Origin: Oopsacas minuta
Taxonomy: Eukaryota; Animalia; Porifera
Assembly: GCA_024704765.1 (NCBI GenBank)
Contig: JAKMXF010000305.1
Span: 1-37,056, forward strand
DNA: 37,056 nucleotides
Reading direction: 5' to 3'
Shown: positions 1 to 9,080 of the stretch, piece by piece
How the letters are laid out: every line of letters begins with the position of its first letter
How positions within the stretch are numbered: the stretch's first letter is position 1
Position numbers and translations under genes: made by a program
Notes under the pieces: model-generated
The model's database searches: none
The model's input: the letters and a program-made list of their open reading frames with translations, nothing else
Told to the model about the DNA's origin: nothing

Positions 1-97
1 GGGTGGATATATTGGGAAATAAATGTATGTGTTTAGAGATTATTTATAGACTAATCATTGAGTTAGTATTAGAGGGCATCAATTTCTTAACACCCTG
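1..97 (+). mobile_element. 3' end of a Tc1/mariner-superfamily element that begins upstream of the window
   Basis: Ends in CAATTTCTTAACACCCTG followed by TA (98-99); reverse complement CAGGGTGTTAAGAAATTG is a Tc1/mariner-type TIR. Bases 2-22 read GGYIGK*, similar to the GGYxE C-terminus of this superfamily. Confidence 0.6.
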
Positions 98-99
98 TA

Positions 100-1470
100 C
101 AGCGTGACAAGATGAAATTGGGAATCTTGATATTCTGGTGATTTCGCTTGTTATAACGCAACCATATATTCTAAAGTCCATTCCACTCGTTGTATTCCTA
201 GATATATCACATTTCTATACACATGTACTCTTTAAAATTCTTTTCTAACACTGCCAATGTATTTTCATCCCAACTATTGTAAAAGCTAAATTGCATATTA
301 TATTTGAATATTTTTTGTTATTTTCGTTGAAAATTATTCTCATATCATTTGAATTTCATATCAAACTAGCTCTAAATAATGGAGCAAATGCACCGAGACA
401 TGACTAGGACCTTATAACTGTCCGGTATTACGGATGCGATGGAAGTTTCTTGTCGCACAGGCATTCCGAAGAGCACAGTTTATCGAACAATTTCTAAACT
501 TCGAGCCGAGATTCAATTGAGAGGAAGAGAGGTTCCGGAAAAGGTAGAGTTATCAGCAAGAATGATACCGTTTCACTTGTCAAACTAGCTCGAAACAACA
601 GGCAAATGTCTATTAGGAAGTTGACAAACAAATTCAACACCACACGTTCGAATACGTACTCCAGGGAGACCGTGAGACAACACCTCAAGAGGGTCGGGAC
701 CCACCAGAAAAGTTGCCAAAGCGACTCCGTTCCTCACACAGAAGCGTATGGGCAGACGCGTGGCTTGGGCGAAAGATAATAAGGCTACGGATTGGGAGAA
801 GGTCGTACTCAGCGACGAAATGTCTATTTGGTTATCACAAGGAAAGCTCTGCCTGTGATGCAAAAGTGAGAACTCCCAGTGAAACCCACCTCCACGCACA
901 CACAAAAGCTTCATGTTTGGGGGGCATTTTCTGCTCGTGGCACTTTCCCTTTGAAGATCTTTCGAGAAAATTTAACTGGTTTGGGCTACTGTCGAATTCT
1001 AAATAAGTGCTTGTAGTTCAGAATCAAGTTCTCTATCCTGATGGTTGGATTTTCAGAAAGACAATGATCCTAAACACACGTCCAACATTTCTAAAGAATT
1101 CATGCAGAAGGAGTGCATAATCAGAATGGATTGGCCCGCCTGTAGTCCGGATCTCAATCCAATTGAAAATCTATGGGCCTAGATAAAAATGCAGCTGGAT
1201 TTGAGAGATCTCAAGTCTCTTGATGAGCTTGAGAGTGTTGTCAATGAAGTCTGGGACAACATTTCTATTGAATTTTTGAAGCCAGATTGGGAATCTATAA
1301 GGAAAAGGGTAGTATTAGTAAAGAAGAGTTGTGGTCAGAAGATTAAGTACTAGTGGATTTGATAGTGTAGTTGTGTATGTTGTTTGTATAGTTTAGTTAT
1401 AGAAAACGAATATATCTCTTTATTAAAAGAATATCTCTACACATCTTCTCAATTTCATCGTGTCACACTG
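100..1470 (+). mobile_element. Tc1-family DNA transposon, full length (1371 bp), defective
   Basis: TIRs CAGCGTGACAAGATGAAATTGGGAA (100-) and the inverse CAGTGTGACACGATGAAATTGAGAA (-1470); TA on both sides (98-99, 1471-1472); internal Tc1 transposase motifs. Confidence 0.93.
379..1353 (+). pseudogene. Tc1 DD34E transposase pseudogene
   Basis: Motifs across frames: IPKSTVYRTI (HTH), [33 protein letters not shown] and [17 protein letters not shown] count 34 residues between the second D and the E. Several stops and frameshifts. Confidence 0.92.
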
Positions 1471-1472
1471 TA

Positions 1473-2573
1473 TAATATACTTTGGCGTTATCCAGACGGT
1501 ATATAACCTTTTCGGCCAATCTTCAAAGATGGGAAATTTTTCAAGCTGAAATAGGTGGAGCATTAAAGCAGCTAGCTGGCACAAGATGGACCGATAGTAT
1601 GCTAGTGCTCGACCGTTTTCGAAACTCTTCTAGGGTCAAGTGCTGCTCTCGAGAAACTACAGTCTCTAAATCTAAACTCAAACAAGCGATGTGGATTGTG
1701 CATTTAGGTAGTAGTGAAACTTTCTCAGTTTCCTTGTGTTATAATGTCATCAATGTGGCTAAAGATTCTAGTAGAGATCGAAAAGCGTAGACAGTAATTC
1801 AAGTTCGGAGAACAAAAATTCATGTCGAGGTGAACAACCTTAGGTGCATCTGCATTAGGCATTTTTTCAAAGTTTCCAACTGAATTTAAGGAAGTATACT
1901 TTGAAATCATTATGGAATCTGTGCTTAGTGGAATTTCACGGGTTTTACACATGCTGAGAACATAAACTCTGTATTTGGTTTCTTGTGGATGGGATGTATA
2001 TGAAGATGAATTAGGATGTATTATCAAATTCTTATGTACAATTTGCAATTTTCTACTTCATGGATGTTTGTGACAATGATCTTCTAAGTGAAATATTTCA
2101 TCTGAAGTTTATTAAGCAAGCCAACTTGGGAGAAAGACAACTGAATCCACTCGACTTGTTAAACATTATTCACAAACAAAATTTGCAAGAGATCTTTGCA
2201 ACATTTCACTCACACTTAGTATCTTCTGCATACTCACGCTTACAATTGTCTCTGGTGAACGCAGTCTTAGCTATCATTGATTAAAACTACCTTCGAATTT
2301 CAATGGGACAGGAAAAGCTGAATGATCAAGCAGTTCTTAGCATAGAGAGCGACCTGTCATGAAACGTTGAAATTTGCTAGACAGAAAACCAGAAAAGCAT
2401 ATTTGTGGATGCTAATAATAGTGATAATATACAGATAGGTATAATTTGGTAGCATATTATAACCTTAGTGGAAAAAATCAACAATATTTGGCATGTTTTC
2501 GACTGTTCACTACATAAAAAGGAACCCCAAAAATGAGTTTCTCGCGGCCCCCTGCTAGCTATCCCGCGTACTG
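1473..2573 (+). mobile_element. 3' half of a hAT transposon (ZMYM1-like transposase) with dimerization domain and right end
   Basis: FGVIQTVYNLF..QRWEIF..LKQLAGTRW at ~1480-1590; C-terminal LRIFCILTLTIVSGERS..IKNYLRISMGQEKLNDQAVLSIE at ~2215-2350; GC-rich hAT-type end GGAACCCC..GCGGCCCCCTGCTAGCTATCCCGCGTACTG ending at 2573. The 5' half lies outside the window. Confidence 0.85.
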
Positions 2574-3269
2574 TTTATGTGTCATCAAACTATGGTTTCT
2601 TGTAATGGAATTAACCTCTACTAAAAGTAGACCGAATTTCGATTTTGTGAGTAAAACTAACATCTACTTATTTGTGAAGTAGAACTAATATCTACATGGG
2701 AATAGAACTAATGCATGCGCCCCAATTAATATACAGAATAATATATAGCCTATGAATTTTTGCTCGAATGAATAGATTTGCTTATATTTGTAGAACTACA
2801 AATTATCAAGCATTATATTCAACGAAATTCAGAAAGTTGGAAAGAAGTGTGTAGTAAGCATATATCTAGCAAATATTTCATTCTTTGATATATGATGTGT
2901 TCAATAAATATAATATCGATGTATTTTACAAAGTATATAAACTATAGAGGATGTGTAGCGCTCTAGAGTTACTGTAGGGACTATGGATCGCACATATAGA
3001 AATTATCCGAAGATAGCTAGAGAGAGTAAGAATTTATACCAATGTGTCTAGCAAATTCATTGTGTATATGCGATCTTGCGTAGCTCAAATTTGTATTCTG
3101 GTCTCTATTTGAGCTTCAATGGCGTACACTTGAAGATCGATTTATTCCAGTGCTGATGAAATAATTTAGTGGAATCCATATCAAACAGTGGAAATGTGCA
3201 TAATCTGGACAAAATAAATGAATGCTAAAAGGAGTAGTCAAAATTTATAAGAGGGAGTGATATGTAAAA

Positions 3270-4440
3270 ATGTTGTATAGCGAAATCTGTACAAACACGG
3301 AAGCCAAGAAAGGAGCAATTCAAAACTGTATACAAACTACAAAGGTAAAAATGTTAGTTAACGAAATCCGTATGGAACATGCCAATTCGAAATGAATAAA
3401 TGAGTGAAATGGATAAATGTGGGGCACTAACGGAACACAAACTATGTTTGTTAACATTTTCCTGACTAAATCGAGGAATATATTCCTAACTAGATATTTT
3501 CTAGTCGCAATTTGCTCATTAATAGATAATGAACTAAAATATTATTCAATTGCAAGTTACAAAGAATGAAAATTAGGTGGAACAATTCTGAAAGCATATG
3601 AGATATCTACGGTCTATTATCCAAAATCATTATCGTGAATTGTTTGGATAAAATTTTGTTGTCTTGTTAGCATTTGAATATTGTCACATTTGAATAAGTT
3701 ACATACATCAAATATTTGTATGCCACCTCTTGATTGAATTTAATATGTGGCAAAAAATCAACGTTATCTCCGACTATAGTAGTATTAGTAAGTCAATATA
3801 GAGATTCTCAAAGATTTTCGTGCTGTTTTCCATTCTTATGCCGACATTCAATTGATGTGCCACTTCTGCCATTGTTGGCAGATATATAAAAATGCAAATA
3901 TTTGAACAAGATTTGCTCTAAACATTCCGTAATATTCATACTGGATTAGTACAGACCATAAAATTCAAATAAGCTATCGGAATTATTCCATCTCATATGC
4001 ATTCTATGCAAACTGCAATTGAATGATCTATTCACTAATTAACCATTTAATGAGCAATGTGTGACTAGAAAATATCTAAATAGAAGGATATTCATGAATT
4101 ATGTCAGGAAAATGTTAACAAACAAATATTTCATTCAGATATATTTGCGGATGGATGCATACTCAAATTTTGCCAAATTTCCATAATTTGGAATTGTATA
4201 ATTAGTGGTGTGCAAGTCCACGTTCCGTTAGCGTACATCGAAATTTGTAACAGAGCATGGAAGCTAAGAGGCAGTTCAAAACGGGATAACAGCCTGAAAT
4301 GTAACATGTTGTATAGCAATTCTGTGCTCGTACATTGAAGCTTAGAAAGGGATAATTCAAAACTGTATAGAGACCTAAATGGAAAATGTGGTATAGAGAT
4401 ATCTGGATAAGAATATGGACGATAAGAAATTTTGAGAAAC
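3270..4440 (+). repeat. Degenerate ~81-bp repeat units in two clusters (3270-~3420 and ~4228-4440)
   Basis: ATGTTGTATAGC(G)AA(A/T)TCTGT..GAAGC..AGAAAGG..AATTCAAAACTGTATA shared by units at 3270 and 4306; next units start at 3351 (+81) and 4386 (+80); a further unit starts at ~4228. Confidence 0.5.
3445..4124. mobile_element. Old foldback / long-TIR non-autonomous element (~680 bp, ~290-bp diverged arms)
   Basis: Perfect 22-bp terminal inverse match TGTTTGTTAACATTTTCCTGAC (3445-3466 vs 4103-4124); inverted similarity continues inward (TAGATATTTTCTAGTC, TTGCTCATTAA, ATTCAATTGCA) at roughly 70-75% by eye. No clear TSD. Confidence 0.7.
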
Positions 4441-4766
4441 AGGTATACTTTTGCAATCCATCTGTCAAATCCAAACGCCCAGGTATTCAATCTCATTCAT
4501 GTAAATACGTTTGTTATTACTTCATCGATCATAAAATCATCTGTTTCAGGTTGAAACATAGTAAGTTTGTTGAGAGCCCATGAAAAGTGGGCAGGCAAGT
4601 CTATATTCATTATAGTGATGATGTCAGATAATAGTACTTCAAAATTGAATGAGCTTCTTTTGACTACGAGTGCTGATAACATATTCCTAATATGAAAAAG
4701 GCTTAGAACCTTATAGAGGTGTATTTAGTGCGAATCTAGTCAATATTAGGCCAAAACTATAGTATA

Positions 4767-4951
4767 CAGTAGAACTCGGATAAGACGTACCCCTCGGGAA
4801 ACAGAAATTAGTACGTCTTAACCAAGTGTACGTCTTATCCGAATATATTTGCATTACAAATAATGATGACTGATATTTTGGGATATAAGAAATAGTACGT
4901 CTTAACCGAGTGTACGTCTTAAGCCGAGTACGTCTTATCCGAGTTCTACTG
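4767..4951. mobile_element. pogo/Tigger-type MITE (185 bp)
   Basis: Perfect 24-bp TIR CAGTAGAACTCGGATAAGACGTAC; TA on both sides; repeated internal GTACGTCTTA. Confidence 0.92.
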
Positions 4952-5802
4952 TATTAGATTTTCCAAACTCAGATGGGCTATGGGTAAATTGTATAAAATA
5001 TGTATCATAACCATATCAAAATCAACTAGCTTAACCAGCTTGGTTAGGGTATATATGTTAGCCAAATTTGGTCAAATTGACCATGAACGACATAAATATC
5101 TCTGGCGCATGCTGGCAATTGGTGAAGGAATATAATCACCGATGAAAAACCATGTGATACATCATACGAAATTATGTCATAATATACTCATATGTAAGCA
5201 TCCGCAAACCCTTTAATAGTCAAAACTTTGTCCCAAACCTTTTGTTATGCTTCTACTTCTATTGCTACTAATTAGGACTGTCCAAAGTTGTATAATCAGA
5301 TATCTAACCAGTGACCGAGGTTAGAATGTGATTAATAGATTGAAACTTCAAGGAATTACTACAAAGAGACAAGGCATAGATTTATACAAATACGTGACGC
5401 ATGGACCAGCGCTACATCGAATAAATGTAGATGCTCTTTGGTTTTGGCCAGTGCTATTAGTGTGCACTTTCGATTGTACATCTCCCGTACTGGTAACCTA
5501 GCTATACTTGGAGCAGTGCCCAACATTATAGGCTGCAGGTCTATAATATACTTCTTGATGAGGTAACTAGAATATTTAGAGTACACCTAATAAACATATA
5601 TCTGTATAGAGATATAAAAATCATTGCATGTGCAGCATTGTATTTATACACACATACATCATGTCTGTATATAAAGTAGTTATCTGAGAATGGGTCACGT
5701 CGATAAAGTGGATGCTGTCATTATTGTTGATGAGGATTACAATAATAAAGGGAAGCACAAAACAACTCGATTTATATTTTTGACATTTGAGAGTTATATA
5801 AT

Positions 5803-5890
5803 TAGGGGCTACAATCCCGTAAAATATTTTAAGCCCCGGGATTCAAGAAAATCTCCATCCCGGATCCGGGGATTCTTCGGGATTGTATTT
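5803..5890. mobile_element. Orphan hAT-type terminus with CCCG/CGGG subterminal repeats
   Basis: TAGGGGCTACAATCCCG followed by several CCCGG/CGGGATT motifs, typical of hAT ends. It may belong to the same copy as the hAT fragment at 7265-7790, which is inference. Confidence 0.5.
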
Positions 5891-5997
5891 TGAGTACCAA
5901 ATTTTGTGAATGTCAATTGGGAAGCTTAGAGAAGAAAGATACGTATTTAATTTGATTATTGGCAAACACATAGTATAAGATGAATAACTTTTTAATA

Positions 5998-7190
5998 CCA
6001 AGGAGGTCCAAAAAGTTTTTAGAATCTATATGAAGGAATAGTTGGAAATGGATTATTATTTTATAGTTTCTCGAAGTATACACCAAATGACTGGATGCAT
6101 AAATCCATCCTTCTAAACCAACTTTCAAAACAATTTTCCCAGTCTTCATTGGTAGGTCTTGGAGGGCCTCATTATAAGCCAGTCTTGCCTCTTCTGTACT
6201 ATTGAAATTAACCCCTTTGATCTTCTTTTTAGTTTAGGGAAAAGAAAGTCGCATGGCTTCCAATCTGGGGAATATGCTGGATGGGTATCAATTTTATGCC
6301 ATTTTCTGCAAAGAAATCCATTGTCGAAGCTGCCTTGTGTGCACTTGTATTGTTATGGCGCCATTGAAGTGAGGTGAGATAGGCTTTAGGATGTAAAATG
6401 CTCCAATTTTCTATCACCTGAGGCATGCAAATGTTGGCATACCAACTCGCAGTTACAGTATTTTGCTCGACAAGGGGAATAGTAGCAACATGTCCCGTTT
6501 TAGAGATAAAACTGGCGATCATTTGCTTGTTGCCACTTTGTGCACTTTCAATTTTTGAGGGGGATCATCATCTTGAAAAGCCAAATTGAGGATTGTTGCA
6601 TCGTCTCTGGGTCATATTGGTAAATCCAAGTCTCATCTCCCATAATGAATGTACTCAATAGCTTTGAACGACCATGATCGAATTTTCCGATCATAAAATT
6701 TGGACCAATACACTCGAGTTGTCATTTGTTCTTCAGAAAGTTTATGTGGAATCCAACGTGCAGCCAGTTTCCTCGCGAAGAGATGTTCATGAAGTATGGT
6801 ATGGAGGTTTCCTCTGCTGATGTCTAAATGACTCATTATTTCGTCTATTATTATTCGACGCTCATTTTTGCTTATATTTTTAACTTTCTGGATATTTCCT
6901 GGGTTAACCGCATCTGCAGGACGTCTTGATCGCATCTCATTACTTAGAGTCTTTCGTCTATGGTTAAATTCACCGTGCCAGTTGTACACTGTAGCCAAAG
7001 ATATTGATTTTTCCAAATGTGTCCTGAAGTTGAATATGTGATTCTTTAGGACTGAGTTTTCTCATAAAGTCATAGAAAATCATTGCGCGAAAGTCCCTCC
7101 TTTCCAAATGTAAATCCATGAGAAATAATTAGGTATGAGTTTAAAATTACAGCCAAGTGCTGACTATATAAGTAGCTGTCAAAAAAGTAA
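5998..7190 (-). mobile_element. mariner element 1 (one TIR retained)
   Basis: TA then CAAGGAGGTCCAAAAAGTTTTT at 5998 (mariner-type TIR); full-length transposase remnant inside; opposite TIR not recognisable, so the right coordinate is approximate. Confidence 0.85.
6061..7119 (-). pseudogene. mariner transposase pseudogene
   Basis: MDLHLERRDFRAMIFYDF start, TVYNWHGEF, RWIPHKLS, ETWIYQYDPE, TVTASWY, HPAYSPDWKPCDFF, GVYFEKL*; span of about 352 codons with frameshifts. Confidence 0.92.
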
Positions 7191-7264
7191 TAAAGATAAA
7201 ACCTTAGATATATAAACTAGAGTAGTTATAAATAGTGTACTATAGATATAAGACGTAGTGGTGC

Positions 7265-7790
7265 GCAAGAAATGAAGTTACAGCATTCATTCTGAATCCT
7301 TCTTTGGATAATTGCTTCAATAATCCTATTGTTGTGTTCTGGAGGATGGTGATTTTGCATTTCATCAAGCAAAAATATAATCCTTGCTTATGCAGTGATA
7401 AAATTTACATCTCTTCTACACAAAGTCTCAATTGCAATCTTGATAGGGCCCAACGCTTGTCAATATGTGAAATTTGGCTGAACTCCTCATCACCTATTTT
7501 GATTTCAGAATTCAGATCAAGAAGTGTCTTTTGAACTGGTATCTGTATCCCAACAATCCTTTCGGACATGTTCAAGAGTGAACTGCAGCGAGTTTTGCAA
7601 TCAAGGATTAGCTGCAAACCATTTGAGTGCTTTTCTTTAACATAACCTTGCAAAGATTTCGTTTACAAGAGAACGCTTGAATACCTTTGAAACTCGAAGA
7701 ACCATATTGACTTTGTGAGAAATGTCAATATTTACCATCAAAGCATTTTCATGCTCAGCATCATGAATAGTTCATCTATCTGCGTCTTCC
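7265..7790 (-). pseudogene. Internal hAT transposase fragment (same type as the BED-hAT at 30301-32172)
   Basis: LQGYVKEKHSNGLQLILDCKTRCSSLLNMSER..KTLLDL matches the LILDxKTRWSSL..MxER..KALID region also seen at ~31050-31140. Confidence 0.8.
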
Positions 7791-8392
7791 ACTTCATCTA
7801 CTGGTAACGAAAACCACCTATAAACTTGGGTAAGGGAAAATACCTCTTAATGGGGAAAGGGGAATGTAGTATAATAGTAAGTAAGTAATTAATCCAAAAT
7901 AGAAGAGTATCATATGTTGGCGTTTAGACACAGACTTGGTAAATGAATCAAATATATTCAGGTCTTTATAGATTCCTATCTATTACTAGATGTTATTATT
8001 TACAAATTATACAAATATACTAATCGACAAGTTACAAACCTGAACGAGGGAATTTTCATTGACGTTTGAAATCATTTTAGAATGTACTTAGTAGTTGTAC
8101 ATAGTAGTAAATATCTTTCTACTTAGTAGAAAACAATGAGTTATTCGCATATTTAAATCGCAAATAATTTACTCAATTATCCACCGAGCTGTAGCATTTT
8201 GAAATACGAGGGGCACTCGGTGCTCCTCGTATCTCAAAACTATACCCCATTTTCAATTCATTGCAATTCTGTCGACTTTTTATATATATTCTTCAAGTGA
8301 TTATATGGTACTAAACCAAATTTCAAGTCAATACGATAATCTATTATAGATATAATTTTCTTCAAGTGTTTAGAATTTACGATTTTTGAAAT

Positions 8393-9080
8393 ATGACTAT
8401 GGATCTAAATCGAGAACATTTCCGTGGGATGATATTCTATAATTCTAAGATTGGTTAAGCTCATCATGATTGTCCTGAACGTTTGACTCAGGCATTTTCA
8501 ATATCTCCATCATTTTCAACTGTTACCTACTGGAATAGTGAATTTTCACGAAAACGGGAATAGTTTGGAGTTGCTCCAAGAACTGGTAGACCACAAACTG
8601 CGACAACAACTGGCCATATCGAGATAGTACGGTGCAGTGCGCAATATATTACTTGAAATTTTGGTCTACACAAGCTTAACAGTCGGCGGATCCCACATCT
8701 CTTGACGGATTCCCAAAAGCAAGCTAGGATTGTTGATTGGTGTAAATCTATGCTAGTGAAATTCGATATGGGGAAGTCTAGTAGAGTTTCTCAGATAATT
8801 ACAGGCGATGAGACTTGGATATATTCTTATGAGCCTGAGAAAAGAAACTATCTCAGGTTTGGGTGTTTTCTAACGAGGATGCCCCAACAAAGGTGGCGTG
8901 TGTGTAAGTGAAACTGGAAAACAAATGGTTGCCACTTTTGTTGGTAAAAGAGGTGATGTAGCAACTGTAATGTTGACAGAACAAAGAACAGTAACTGCTA
9001 AATGGCATTATACAGTTTTCCTTACAGTACTTTCTCAAAACCTCTGTGAACAGGGCCCGGATTCACCACTTAGAGGTTTA
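8393..9080 (+). pseudogene. mariner 2 transposase pseudogene, 5' part
   Basis: MTMDLNREHFRGMIFY, RTGRP, RRIPHLLT, IITGDETWIYSYEPE, KQMVATF, QRTVTAKW, ..PLRGL at the TA insertion site. Confidence 0.9.
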
